The translations under genes and the position numbers were made by a program. Positions 1 through 9,838 of a stretch of DNA of 49,155 nt are shown piece after piece (the stretch's first letter is position 1; every line of letters begins with the position of its first letter). The notes under the pieces are model-generated. The model saw only the letters and a list, made by a program, of their open reading frames with translations. It was not told the DNA's origin and made no database searches. The stretch is from Clostridiaceae bacterium. GTDB taxonomy: Bacteria; Bacillota; Clostridia; Oscillospirales; Acutalibacteraceae. The DNA lies in NCBI GenBank assembly GCA_016297555.1, contig JAEDGK010000001.1, forward strand, positions 1 through 49,155, read 5' to 3'.

Positions 1-1
1 G

Positions 2-571
2 TTATGCTCCGCAAAGGGCTTCAAGCGCGCCGTGAGCGGCAAGCTCGCGCCAATGCTCGCGGGTGAATTCGCACAGCATATCGTCACATTCGCGCGTTTT
101 GGCAAACTCGGAAAAAAATCCCGAGGGAGCAAGCGGTGCTTCGGGGCATGAAACTATCAGCCTGTATTTTCCGCCGCTTTCATAAAGACTGCTCTCCGTG
201 CTGTAACCGAGCTTCAAAAAGCTTTCGGCGGCGCAGAGCAAGGCGTCCGAGCAGTCAAATTCGCACAGAGTGCTTTTGCCCGCCTTTTTCAAAAGCTGTT
301 TTTTTATAGGGCTTTTGCGCTTTGCGTCCAGCAGAGTAAAGCAAAGCACACAGCCGCCCTCGCTTTTGGGCAGGGCTTCAATTATCATTCTGCGGGAGGG
401 ATCAAGCTCCCGCCCGAGGGCTTTCCCCGCTTCGCCGAGCACGGTCCATATGACCCTGCGCGTTTCAACGGTGGAATAGTCCATATCCTCATATGTAATA
501 TCGAGCTCCATCATATCCTGTTTGGTCAGGTCAACGATTATCCTGTCCTCGGCGGGAGAATTGATTTTCAT
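2..571 (-). CDS. mecA: MecA-family adaptor protein (ClpC adaptor)
   Basis: N-terminus MKIN...IIVDLTKQDM...ITYEDMD and a C-terminal 'SSLYESGGKYRL...FFSEF' segment match the MecA pattern; AGGAGG RBS precedes the ATG at 571. Confidence 0.7.
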   Translation of the reverse strand: MKINSPAEDRIIVDLTKQDMMELDITYEDMDYSTVETRRVIWTVLGEAGKALGRELDPSRRMIIEALPKSEGGCVLCFTLLDAKRKSPIKKQLLKKAGKSTLCEFDCSDALLCAAESFLKLGYSTESSLYESGGKYRLIVSCPEAPLAPSGFFSEFAKTRECDDMLCEFTREHWRELAAHGALEALCGA

Positions 572-673
572 ATTGCGCCTCCTAAAAAGTATCGTTATTC
601 TGTACATAATATAATATGATTTTTCGGGCGGGTATGCAATGAATAAATATTGGGAATTTCAGAGGTGACAGCC

Positions 674-1630
674 TTGGCGAAAGAAGTCGCAAAACAGAAT
701 ACGGTAACGGTCTCGCGGCTTTACGGAGATTATTTGATAATGCTTGCCGCCCCCTGCATTATGGCGGTTATATATTACGGCGCAAGAGCGTTTTATGTGT
801 TGCTTGCGGGCGTTTTGAGCGCAGTTGCGGGAGATTTCACCGTAAGCGCGCTGTTAAAAAAGAAATTTTTAATCAGAGATTTGAGCAATATTTTTATCGG
901 CGCGGCAATTTCTTTGATGATGCCTGCGGGAGTGCCGCTCTATGTGCCGTGTCTGGCGGCGCTTTTTGCCGTAGTTGCAGTTAAAATTCCTTTCGGCGGC
1001 TCTCTGCGCGCTCCGTTTGTGCCTGCTGCGGCGGGCTTTGCGTTTGCGAGCGTTTGTTTCGGAGATTTGGTTTTTTCATACACGGCAAATGTTAAGGATA
1101 AGTTTCTCGGCGCGGAATCGCTCGGCTCAATGCTTATGAGGGGCAGCTCGGTTCATCTTAACGCCGCGAACACCTTTGATATACTCAGCGGAAATGTTGC
1201 AGGACCTATGGGCACAAGCTGCGGGCTTCTTATGCTTGCCTGCTGTGCATATCTTTTTGTCAGAAGGCGCAAGGCTCTGCTTGCAACGGCGGGCTTTGTT
1301 TCCGCCTGTGCGGTTTTTGCAATGCTGTTTCCGAGAATAAACGCCTCGCCGCTCACAAGCCTTGTGCTTGAGCTTTCGGCGGGTTCGCTGATGTTTGCGG
1401 CGGTGTTTCTCGTTACCGACCACGCCACTCTGCCTAAGGGCGGCGCAGCCAGAGTTGTTTACGGAGCAATCTGCGGAATTATATGCATGGTAATGCGCGC
1501 CGTGGGAGCTTATGAAGAAACGGTGTGCTTCGCCGTTTTGCTTGCAAACGGATTAAGACCCGTTGCCGAATCGGCAGCAAAGGCGGCTGCGGCTTCCTTT
1601 AAGAAAAGAAAGGAGGCGCAGGGAAAATGA
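674..1630 (+). CDS. rnfD: RnfD-like (NqrB/RnfD family) membrane protein, degenerate
   Basis: KIPFGG...FVPAA, GPMGTS, FLVTD and FAVLLAN motifs align with RnfD; TTG start after GAGGTG (ORF track starts at 650). Confidence 0.7.
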   Translation: MAKEVAKQNTVTVSRLYGDYLIMLAAPCIMAVIYYGARAFYVLLAGVLSAVAGDFTVSALLKKKFLIRDLSNIFIGAAISLMMPAGVPLYVPCLAALFAVVAVKIPFGGSLRAPFVPAAAGFAFASVCFGDLVFSYTANVKDKFLGAESLGSMLMRGSSVHLNAANTFDILSGNVAGPMGTSCGLLMLACCAYLFVRRRKALLATAGFVSACAVFAMLFPRINASPLTSLVLELSAGSLMFAAVFLVTDHATLPKGGAARVVYGAICGIICMVMRAVGAYEETVCFAVLLANGLRPVAESAAKAAAASFKKRKEAQGK

Positions 1631-2499
1631 GCAACAGCGAGCTTTCTTTTAAAGATATATTCGTGAAAGGCGCGGTTATTTATAACCCCGTGCTTATTCA
1701 GCTTGTAGGGCTTTGCCCCGTGGTAGCGGCTTCAACAACGCTCAAAAGCGCAGTTATGCTTTCTGCGGCAATGTGCGTTTCGCTCGTTGTGACCTGCGTG
1801 CTTGCAAGCGCCGTGCTGAAAAAGGTTCCGCGCTGGGTAAGAATGCCTGTATATCTTCTGACGGGGCTTTTAATGATATGCCCCCTGCTGTGGTTTGTTG
1901 AAACAAAAACTCTTGCAACCCTCAGCCTCGGAATAAAAATATATCTTCCGCTGGTTGCGATTAATTCCGTAACGGCGGTTCACTGCGAGCAGTTTGCGGT
2001 TAAAAACAGCGTTAAAACCGCGTTTTACGACGCGGCGGCGGTCAGCCTCGGCGCAAGCGGAATATTCATTTTGACGGGCGCGGTCAGAGAAATTCTCGGC
2101 AGCTCGTCAATAGCGGGAATTGCGCTCAATCTGCCGATTACCCTCAAAGGAATGACTCTGCCTTTCGGCTGTCTGGTGCTTCTCGGCTTTATGGCTGCGG
2201 CGCTTAAAACGCTCACGGGCAGGTATTATGCAGAAGCCCCCGCCCCCGAAATCCGCGCGCCCCGCACTCGGGAAACACAGCCCGTATCCGAAACGGAGAT
2301 TACTGAGGTTGAGATATTTGACGAATTCTGGCTTGAGCAGGAGGCTGAAACACAGCCTGAGCCTGCTCCCGAGCCGAAGCAGATAATCCCCGAAGAGCCG
2401 AAAGAGGAAGTCTCTGCGCCGAAATACACAACGGCGGCGGAAATTGACGAGCTTCTGCGCTCTCTGGGAATAGACACAGAGGGAGGGGATAAGCAATGA
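1627..2499 (+). CDS. rnfE: RnfE-like membrane protein with acidic/Pro-rich C-terminal extension
   Basis: NPVLIQLVGLCP, VRMPVY, LGIKIYLPL, GAVREILG and LPFGCLVLLG motifs; ATGA overlap with rnfD. Confidence 0.75.
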   Translation: MSNSELSFKDIFVKGAVIYNPVLIQLVGLCPVVAASTTLKSAVMLSAAMCVSLVVTCVLASAVLKKVPRWVRMPVYLLTGLLMICPLLWFVETKTLATLSLGIKIYLPLVAINSVTAVHCEQFAVKNSVKTAFYDAAAVSLGASGIFILTGAVREILGSSSIAGIALNLPITLKGMTLPFGCLVLLGFMAAALKTLTGRYYAEAPAPEIRAPRTRETQPVSETEITEVEIFDEFWLEQEAETQPEPAPEPKQIIPEEPKEEVSAPKYTTAAEIDELLRSLGIDTEGGDKQ

Positions 2500-3089
2500 A
2501 AGTGATTTCCGACCTGCTTATAACCGCTCTTTATACGGTTTTTGTTCAGAACCTCGTGCTCAGCACGGGTCTGGGAATGAGCGAAGCGATAAGAGTTTCG
2601 ACAAAGCCCGGAACCTTCGGAAGATTTGCCGTTATGATTTCGGGATTTTCGGTTGTTACAAGCATTTTGTGCAGCCTTATTGATTCCGTGCCCGCCGTTG
2701 AGCAGTCAACCTATGCGGTCAGAGCCGCGATTTACGGCGCGGTGCTCGCGGGCGTTTATCTTTTAACGGCGACAATTATGCGCTTTGTTTTCAAAGCATC
2801 GTCAAAGCTTATGGGAACTCTCGGCATAGCCGCGCTGAATACTCTTGTGCTTGCCATTCCGTTTATCAATAATTCTGCCGCCTATTCTCTTGCGGACAGC
2901 ATCGGCTCGGGCATCGGAGCGGGTGCGGCGTTTGTGCTTGCCGCCGCAATGATAAGCAAGGGCGCGCGCATTATTGAAGAAAACGCAGACATTCCCGAGG
3001 TTTTCAAGGGAACTCCCGCAATGTTTCTCTATGTTGCAATGCTCTCGCTCGCTTTCACGGGCTTCAGCAGCACAAGTCTTTTTGCGTGA
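2496..3089 (+). CDS. rnfA: RnfA-like membrane protein, degenerate
   Basis: FVQNLVL...LG and the C-terminal DIPEVFKGTP...MLSLAFTGF typical of RnfA; ATGA overlap. Confidence 0.7.
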   Translation: MKVISDLLITALYTVFVQNLVLSTGLGMSEAIRVSTKPGTFGRFAVMISGFSVVTSILCSLIDSVPAVEQSTYAVRAAIYGAVLAGVYLLTATIMRFVFKASSKLMGTLGIAALNTLVLAIPFINNSAAYSLADSIGSGIGAGAAFVLAAAMISKGARIIEENADIPEVFKGTPAMFLYVAMLSLAFTGFSSTSLFA

Positions 3090-3102
3090 GAAAGGAGAGC
3101 CT

Positions 3103-3372
3103 ATGCGCGGAAAAGGAAAAATAGAAAAAACTCTCAAGCCCTCACAGCGCAAGAGCATAACCGAATTTTCAACGCATTTCGGAACGGGCCCGAGCTATGA
3201 GGAGAGAGTCAGAACAAAGAAAATAATTTCGGCAGTTCTGATAACGGCGGGAATTCTCGCCCTGATTGCCGTCGGCTATTTTTTAACCGATGTTGTTATC
3301 GGCATAACCGAGCTGCCTTATCAAACCGCCGCTCAGGCGGGCAATATTAATTTAATTCCGAGGATAAATTAA
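3103..3372 (+). CDS. Small single-pass membrane protein, unknown function
   Basis: AAAGGAG RBS, basic N-terminus and one hydrophobic helix; tightly packed in the operon. Confidence 0.6.
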   Translation: MRGKGKIEKTLKPSQRKSITEFSTHFGTGPSYEERVRTKKIISAVLITAGILALIAVGYFLTDVVIGITELPYQTAAQAGNINLIPRIN

Positions 3373-3373
3373 A

Positions 3374-5224
3374 ATGGATTTTATACCTTATAATTCACGG
3401 CGGACTTATCATAAAAGCCCCTTCGGCGCCGTGCGCGAGGGGGAGGAAGTAACTTTCAGGATAGTTTTGCCGCGGAATATCTGCTGCACGGGCGCAAGCC
3501 TCGTTATAACTCCCGAAAACGGAAAACCCGAAATCGTTCCGATGAGCTGGGAGAGAATGGAAGACAATGACGAGGAGTGGTGGCGCGTCTGCTTTACGCC
3601 GCAAAAGCAGGGGCTTTATTGGTATCATTTTGCGATAGCTCAAAAAAGCGGCGGCAGCGTGATAACGAGATTTGAAAATTCCACGGGCAGAATTTCTCCC
3701 GACGGCTCGGGCTTTCAGCTCACCGTTTATTCAAAGGATTTCAAAACGCCCGAAAATATAAAAGGCTCGGTTATCTATCAGATTTTTCCCGACAGATTCA
3801 GAAGCTCGGGCAAAAAGAAAACGGGCGTGCCCAAGGAGAGAGTTTTGCGCTCCGATTGGGGCGGCGAGCCTATGTGGGAGCCTGACGCAGAGGGCAAAAT
3901 CATAAAATACGATTTCTTCGGCGGCGATTTGAAGGGAATTGAGGAAAAGCTCGATTACATCAAGTCGCTCGGAGTCGGCTGTATCTATCTCAATCCCATA
4001 TTTGAGGCTCATTCCAACCACCGCTACGATACTGCGGATTATAACCGCATTGACCCCTTGCTCGGCACGGAAAAGGATTTTTCCGAGCTTTGCGAGGCGG
4101 CGAAAAAAAGAGGAATTGAAATTATTCTTGACGGCGTTTTCAGCCACACGGGGTCGGACAGCATATATTTCAACAAAGAAAGAAGATACGGCAGCGGCGG
4201 AGCTTATAACAGCAAAAACTCCAAATACCTCGAATGGTATAAATTCAATGAATATCCCGACGATTACGCCTGCTGGTGGGGCGTTGACATTCTGCCCGAA
4301 ATAAACGAGGAAAACGAAAGTTATCTGGAATTTATTGCGGGCAAAAACGGCGTTTTGCGCAAATGGCTCAGAGCGGGCGCGGGCGGTTGGAGGCTCGATG
4401 TTGCCGACGAGCTGCCCGATAAATTCCTTGATTCGCTCAGAAAAGCGGTTAAGGACGAAAAGCCCGACGCGTTTATTCTCGGCGAGGTATGGGAAGACGC
4501 GTCAAACAAAATAAGCTACGGTTCAAGGCGGCGTTATCTGCTGGGAGAGCAGCTTGATTCCGTTATGAATTATCCGTTTGCCGCCTGCCTGCTTGAATTT
4601 GCAATAAGCGGCAGAGCAGAGGGTTTTAATGACAGAATAGAGGAGATTTGCGAAAATTATCCGAAGCCTGCGGTTGACTGCCTTATGAATCACATCGGCA
4701 CTCACGATACCTGCCGCGTGCTCAACAGGCTTGCAACCGGCGGCAATTATGCGGGCGAAAGCACAGAAAGATACAGAGGCGGTCTGACCGCCGAGCAGAG
4801 GGAATACGGCATCAGAATGTTGAAGCTTATTTCGGCAATGCAGTTCACTCTGCCCGGAATTCCCTGCATATATTACGGCGATGAGGCGGGGCTTGACGGC
4901 GGCGAGGATCCGTTTAACAGAGGGTGCTACCCGTGGGGAAAAGAGGATAAGGAGCTTATTGAGCATTACCGTTTCCTCGGCAGGCTCAGAGCGGAGCACA
5001 GGGTTTTTGCCGACGGCGAATTTGTTCCCGTTTCGGCGGCGCTCGGCTGCGTTGCGTTTGAGAGGCGCGGCGGAGGCGAGCGGATAATGACCGTTGCCAA
5101 CCGCAACAGCCACTCCATTGTTTACATTCTCCCCGAGGAGGGCTATAAGGCTCTGGCAGGCGGCGAAGTGCGCGGCAGAGAGCTTTATCTTGAAAAGGAA
5201 ACTGCGGCAATCATTATAAAGTAA
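3374..5224 (+). CDS. GH13 glycosidase (neopullulanase/cyclomaltodextrinase/amylopullulanase type)
   Basis: YQIFPDRF, GGDLKGI, SNHRYD, and catalytic GWRLDVADE, GEVW, GTHDT; YYGDEAG. Confidence 0.92.
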   Translation: MDFIPYNSRRTYHKSPFGAVREGEEVTFRIVLPRNICCTGASLVITPENGKPEIVPMSWERMEDNDEEWWRVCFTPQKQGLYWYHFAIAQKSGGSVITRFENSTGRISPDGSGFQLTVYSKDFKTPENIKGSVIYQIFPDRFRSSGKKKTGVPKERVLRSDWGGEPMWEPDAEGKIIKYDFFGGDLKGIEEKLDYIKSLGVGCIYLNPIFEAHSNHRYDTADYNRIDPLLGTEKDFSELCEAAKKRGIEIILDGVFSHTGSDSIYFNKERRYGSGGAYNSKNSKYLEWYKFNEYPDDYACWWGVDILPEINEENESYLEFIAGKNGVLRKWLRAGAGGWRLDVADELPDKFLDSLRKAVKDEKPDAFILGEVWEDASNKISYGSRRRYLLGEQLDSVMNYPFAACLLEFAISGRAEGFNDRIEEICENYPKPAVDCLMNHIGTHDTCRVLNRLATGGNYAGESTERYRGGLTAEQREYGIRMLKLISAMQFTLPGIPCIYYGDEAGLDGGEDPFNRGCYPWGKEDKELIEHYRFLGRLRAEHRVFADGEFVPVSAALGCVAFERRGGGERIMTVANRNSHSIVYILPEEGYKALAGGEVRGRELYLEKETAAIIIK

Positions 5225-5271
5225 CCGCGGCGGGCTGAAAAAGCCGACAGCCGCATAAACGGTGAAACGAT

Positions 5272-6156
5272 ATGGCTAAAAACAGCAGAAAAAACATTAT
5301 TTTCCGCACACAGAGGCAGAGCAGCAGCGGCGAGATGAAAAAATTCGCCGCCATTCTGATTGCCTGCGTTGTGGGCGTGCTTGCAATTTCTTGCCTTGCA
5401 ATTTTAAAAAAATACGATTTTGATATAAAAAGCGCGGTCGGCGGAGATTCCGAAACGGTAACGGAAAGTATGACTGCCGAAAGCGCCGTGCCTGAAATTT
5501 ATGCGGACAAAACCTATCTTCTCTGGTGTGCCGATGACAACGGCGCGGGGCTTCACTTTGCGTGGCTTATCAATGTTAAGCTGCCCGAGCGCAGGGCGAC
5601 CGCCTGCACGCTTGACCCGCAAATGCCGCTGACGGTTGACGGGGTATCCCGCAGCATAAATGACATTTACAGAAAGTCGGGCGAAAATGCGCTGGTTTCG
5701 GCTATCGAGAGCGGCACGGGCGTTGCTGTTGACGGATATATCGGCTCTTATGACGAGAGCTTTAAGGCGATGATTAATTATCTCGGCGGCGTTGAAATAA
5801 CCGTTCCCGAGCAGATTGAATACAGAGGTCCGGATTTCACGCTCATTCTCGTTAAGGGCAAGCAAAATCTTAAAGGCGACACGCTCTTTAAATATCTGCG
5901 CTATCTCGGCACGCTCGGCACAAGCGGCAGATCTCTGCGCTCGTCCGCCCTGCTTGAGATGACGGACGGAATCCTTTCGCCGGCATATCTTGAGAAGCGA
6001 GAAAGAATATTTTCAAAAATCTCCAACACATTAAAGACTGATTTGACGATAGTTGATTATTCATCGGCGCAGGAGGGCATAAAGCTGCTGATGGAAAACA
6101 GGCTGCTCGTCAAAAAGACGGCGGATTCCCCCGAACAGCTCATCGAAAAAGATTAA
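5272..6156 (+). CDS. LCP (LytR-CpsA-Psr) family protein, divergent
   Basis: N-terminal TM helix; 'VDGY...FKAMINYLGGVEITV...GKQNLKGD...YLRY' LCP core. Confidence 0.7.
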   Translation: MAKNSRKNIIFRTQRQSSSGEMKKFAAILIACVVGVLAISCLAILKKYDFDIKSAVGGDSETVTESMTAESAVPEIYADKTYLLWCADDNGAGLHFAWLINVKLPERRATACTLDPQMPLTVDGVSRSINDIYRKSGENALVSAIESGTGVAVDGYIGSYDESFKAMINYLGGVEITVPEQIEYRGPDFTLILVKGKQNLKGDTLFKYLRYLGTLGTSGRSLRSSALLEMTDGILSPAYLEKRERIFSKISNTLKTDLTIVDYSSAQEGIKLLMENRLLVKKTADSPEQLIEKD

Positions 6157-6174
6157 ACCGAAAGGAACGGCTTA

Positions 6175-7341
6175 ATGAAAAAGTTTTTATCGCTGCTGCT
6201 CAGCGCGGTTATGGCTGTTATCGGCTGCTTTGCCGCCGTGACAATCGGCTATGTGCTCGTCACCTCGCGCGCGGAGTGGGAAAATACCGAGCCTGCGGAG
6301 CTGACCGATGCGGGCAGCCCGTATAAATTCTATTACGCCAAGCTTGACAATACCGAAAAGCACGCTTACAACGAAATACTTTCGGAGATTTATTCGATGC
6401 CGCAGTCGGTTGAAATTCCTCAGATAACCGCCGAGCAGCTTGACAGGGTGTTTTCCGCCCTGCTTTATGATAATCCCGATTTGTTTTTTGTGGGCAGAAA
6501 ATGCACCATTTCAACCAAATGGCTCCGAACCTTCTGCACGATAGAGTATATTATCGATAAAGAAGAATACCCCGAAGCAAAATCGGCGCTTGACCAAGCC
6601 GCCGAAAAGGTGATATCGGGGCTTTCAAAGCCCGATGACGAGTGGCAGACCGAGCTTGAAATCCACGATTACATTATCGACAACTGCGAATATAAGCTTG
6701 TTGAAAGCGAGCTTGTTTATTCCTCGGCTTACGGCGCGCTGGTCAACGGCTCGGCGGCGTGCGAGGGCTATTCAAAGGCGGCTAAGCTGCTTTTTGACAG
6801 GGCGGGCATTGAAAGCGCGGTGCTCAGCGGAACATCGGAGAATTTTGACGGCACGCGCGGCGCGCATATGTGGAATGCGGTTAAGATTGACGGTGATTTT
6901 TATTATCTTGACTGCACATGGGACGACCCCCTAAACGACAGCGGCGCAAATATTAAAATTTACTCCTATTTCAATATCAACAACGATATGATAGCGGGGA
7001 GTCACTCCGATTTTTCATACGATTTCAACTGCACGCAGACAAAGGCGAATTACTATGTCAAAACGGGCAAGTATTTTGAGAGCTATGACCGCTCGGACGA
7101 AAAAAGACTTGCCGCTCTGTTGGCGGACGCGCTCAACGCGGGCGAGGATACCGTTCAGATACGCTTCGGCAATGAAAGCGCTTATAACGGAGCGGTTGCA
7201 GACCTTGTGGACAGCGGCAGAATATATAATGTGCTGCTTGCGGCAAAGAAAAAAACCAAGGTTGATTTATCAACGGATTCATTGATATATTATAAGGACC
7301 CCGGTCAGCTTATGCTGACCTTTGTGCCCGAGAAGAACTGA
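6175..7341 (+). CDS. Secreted/membrane-anchored transglutaminase-like (Cys-His-Asp) protein
   Basis: IHDYI, ACEGYSKA, HMWNAV and YLDCTWDD motifs; N-terminal hydrophobic segment. Confidence 0.85.
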   Translation: MKKFLSLLLSAVMAVIGCFAAVTIGYVLVTSRAEWENTEPAELTDAGSPYKFYYAKLDNTEKHAYNEILSEIYSMPQSVEIPQITAEQLDRVFSALLYDNPDLFFVGRKCTISTKWLRTFCTIEYIIDKEEYPEAKSALDQAAEKVISGLSKPDDEWQTELEIHDYIIDNCEYKLVESELVYSSAYGALVNGSAACEGYSKAAKLLFDRAGIESAVLSGTSENFDGTRGAHMWNAVKIDGDFYYLDCTWDDPLNDSGANIKIYSYFNINNDMIAGSHSDFSYDFNCTQTKANYYVKTGKYFESYDRSDEKRLAALLADALNAGEDTVQIRFGNESAYNGAVADLVDSGRIYNVLLAAKKKTKVDLSTDSLIYYKDPGQLMLTFVPEKN

Positions 7342-7359
7342 AAGGCAGGCGCAGACCAA

Positions 7360-7932
7360 ATGGACAAAAGCAGAATAGAAGCGGCAGTCAGAGAGATTCT
7401 TTTCGCCATAGGCGAAGATCCCGACAGAGAGGGCTTGCTCGAAACCCCGTCAAGAGTAGCCAGAATGTATGAGGAAATATTTTCGGGGCTTGAGGATAAT
7501 CCGGAAAGGCATTTAAAGCTTTTCAATGAATCGGGCAACGAAGAAATGGTTATCGTCAGAGACATTCCCCTTTATTCGATGTGCGAGCATCATCTGATAC
7601 CGTTTATGGGCAAGGCTCATATTGCCTACATTCCCTCCGACGGCAGAGTTATCGGGCTTTCAAAGCTTGCAAGAATTGTTGACAGCTTTGCAAAAAGACC
7701 GCAGCTTCAGGAGCGTCTGACGGCGCAGATAGCCGATTTTCTTGATGAAAAGCTTCAGCCTATGGGCGTTGCCGTGGTTATCGAGGCGGAGCATCTTTGC
7801 ATGACCATGCGCGGCGCAAGAGCGTCGGGCGCGCAGACCCGCACCTCCGCTCTGAGGGGAACAATGAGAAGCAACGCCAAAACCCGAGCCGAGGCAATCT
7901 CTCTTTTAACGGGAGGCAGGAGCAATGTTTAA
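7360..7932 (+). CDS. folE: GTP cyclohydrolase I
   Basis: [33 protein letters not shown] and EHLCMTMRG motifs. Confidence 0.97.
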   Translation: MDKSRIEAAVREILFAIGEDPDREGLLETPSRVARMYEEIFSGLEDNPERHLKLFNESGNEEMVIVRDIPLYSMCEHHLIPFMGKAHIAYIPSDGRVIGLSKLARIVDSFAKRPQLQERLTAQIADFLDEKLQPMGVAVVIEAEHLCMTMRGARASGAQTRTSALRGTMRSNAKTRAEAISLLTGGRSNV

Positions 7933-8764
7933 GGCAGGCAAGCACGAATTTCCGTTGGGCAAAAAAACCTATGTTATGGGAATTCTGAATTATACGCCCG
8001 ATTCTTTTTCGGACGGCGGGCTTCATTTTACACCCGAGGCGGCTCTTGAGCACGCTTTGCTTATGCAGGAGCAGGGCGCGGATATAATCGATATCGGCGC
8101 AAATTCCACAAGACCCGGCGCAAAGGTGCTGTGCGCCGCAGAGGAAACCGAAAGAATTATGCCTGCGCTTGAAGCGGTTAAAGGCAGGCTGAGCGCGGCG
8201 GTATCGGTTGATACCTTTTATCCCTCCTGCGCCGAAGCGGCTCTCAAAGCGGGTGCGGAAATAATCAATGATGTCAGCGGAGTTTTTAATTCGGAAATGG
8301 CGCAGCTTGCCCTGAAATACGGCGCGGGATATATTGTTATGCACAATCCCTGCGGGGCGTGCGAGGTTGCGGAATACCCGAAGGGCGTTGTTGAGAGCGT
8401 GCGGGAATTTTTCCTTGACGCGCTCGGTCTTGCCGCCGAAAGCGGTCTGCCTAAATCCAACCTCTGCCTTGATATGGGACTTGGTTTCAGCAAGAGCTAT
8501 GAGGATAATCTGGAGCTTATCAGAGATATGCAATGGCTCAAATTTCAGGGCGTTGCTCTGCTTGCGGCAGGCTCAAGAAAAAGATTTATCGGCGCGGCAA
8601 GCGGAGAAGAAACAAGCTCAAAGCGCGACCCCGGCACAGTTGCCGCTCACACGGCGGCGATTGCGGGCGGCGCGGATATAATAAGAGCGCACGATGTTTT
8701 CTCGGCAGTTCAGGGAGCGAGAGTTGCCGACGCGATTTACAGGAGATGTAAACCGAATGGATAA
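7925..8764 (+). CDS. folP: Dihydropteroate synthase
   Basis: [32 protein letters not shown] and IRAHDV motifs. Confidence 0.97.
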   Translation: MFKAGKHEFPLGKKTYVMGILNYTPDSFSDGGLHFTPEAALEHALLMQEQGADIIDIGANSTRPGAKVLCAAEETERIMPALEAVKGRLSAAVSVDTFYPSCAEAALKAGAEIINDVSGVFNSEMAQLALKYGAGYIVMHNPCGACEVAEYPKGVVESVREFFLDALGLAAESGLPKSNLCLDMGLGFSKSYEDNLELIRDMQWLKFQGVALLAAGSRKRFIGAASGEETSSKRDPGTVAAHTAAIAGGADIIRAHDVFSAVQGARVADAIYRRCKPNG

Positions 8765-9131
8765 AATAATTGTCAGGGGTTTAAAAATATTTGCTTATCA
8801 CGGAGTCAATCCCGAGGAAAAGCAGGACGGGCAGAATTTTGTTTTTGATATTGACGCTTATGTTGATATCGGCTCAGCCTGCGAGAGCGACGGCATTGAC
8901 GACACGGTGAGCTATGCAAAAATCATCAAAGAGACCGTTCGCATTTTCACCGCCGAAAAAAATGATTTGCTTGAAAGAGCGGCGGAAAGAGTTGCCTGCG
9001 GACTTTTTGAAAGATTTGATAAAATCAACGCTCTGAGAATAAGGCTTAAAAAGCCCGAAGCTCCGATAAAAGCGGATTTTGATTATGTCGGGGTTGAGAT
9101 TTTCAGAGAAAGAAAGGGCGGAGAAAATTGA
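8757..9131 (+). CDS. folB: Dihydroneopterin aldolase
   Basis: [26 protein letters not shown] and KPEAPI; AGGAG RBS. Confidence 0.95.
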   Translation: MDKIIVRGLKIFAYHGVNPEEKQDGQNFVFDIDAYVDIGSACESDGIDDTVSYAKIIKETVRIFTAEKNDLLERAAERVACGLFERFDKINALRIRLKKPEAPIKADFDYVGVEIFRERKGGEN

Positions 9132-9628
9132 GCGAAGCGGTAATTGCGCTGGGAACAAATCTCGGCAACAGAATTGAAAATATCAACACCGCAGTCAGAG
9201 CGATTGCAAGGCTTTCGGGTGTTGAAATCAAAAAGGCGTCGGGCGTTTACGAAACCGAACCTGTTGACTGCGAGGAGGGCGATAGATTTTATAACGCCGC
9301 CATCCTTGTTGAAACCGATGTTTCGCCCGCTCTGCTGCTCGGCGAGTGCCTCGGCATTGAGGCGGCAATGGGCAGAGTCAGAGAAAAGCGGAACGCACCG
9401 AGAATAATAGATCTCGACCTGATTCTTTACGACGGATTTAAGAGTGAAAGCTTTGAGCTGACTCTTCCGCACCCCCGCGCTCTCGAAAGAGCGTTTGTTA
9501 TGGCTCCCTTGTTGGAGCTTTATCCCTCGGGGCGTGCGCCGGGAATGTTTTTCGGACCGCATCTGCGTGATATCGGAACGGACGGCGTTGTAAAAACGGA
9601 AAAAGAAATCATAATTCCGATTTATTGA
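9128..9628 (+). CDS. folK: 2-amino-4-hydroxy-6-hydroxymethyldihydropteridine diphosphokinase
   Basis: ALGTNLG, YETEP, PRIIDLDLI and LPHPR..ERAFV motifs. Confidence 0.95.
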   Translation: MSEAVIALGTNLGNRIENINTAVRAIARLSGVEIKKASGVYETEPVDCEEGDRFYNAAILVETDVSPALLLGECLGIEAAMGRVREKRNAPRIIDLDLILYDGFKSESFELTLPHPRALERAFVMAPLLELYPSGRAPGMFFGPHLRDIGTDGVVKTEKEIIIPIY

Positions 9629-9639
9629 GGTGACAGACC

Positions 9640-9822
9640 GTGGCGGGTTCAACTATTTGCGACAACTGCGCGCATTATGACTATAACGAGGAATACGAGT
9701 GCTATGAATGTCTCGTAGACCTTGATGAGGACGAGCTTTACAGGTTTATGAGCGGCTCTGAAACGGAGTGCCCGTATTTTGACCCTTATGACGAGTATAA
9801 GATAGTCCGCAAGCAAAACTGA
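9640..9822 (+). CDS. Small acidic Cys-rich conserved protein (DUF6472-like)
   Basis: CxxC...C..DLDEDE...CPYF..YDEYKIVRKQ pattern; GAGGTG RBS. Confidence 0.7.
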   Translation: MAGSTICDNCAHYDYNEEYECYECLVDLDEDELYRFMSGSETECPYFDPYDEYKIVRKQN

Positions 9823-9838
9823 TTAAGGAGATTTTGCT

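Noticed and set aside
589..598. GTATCGTTAT shared by the mecA and dnaA upstream regions (also 39681-39690)
   Set aside because: A single 10-mer match in 49 kb is expected by chance.
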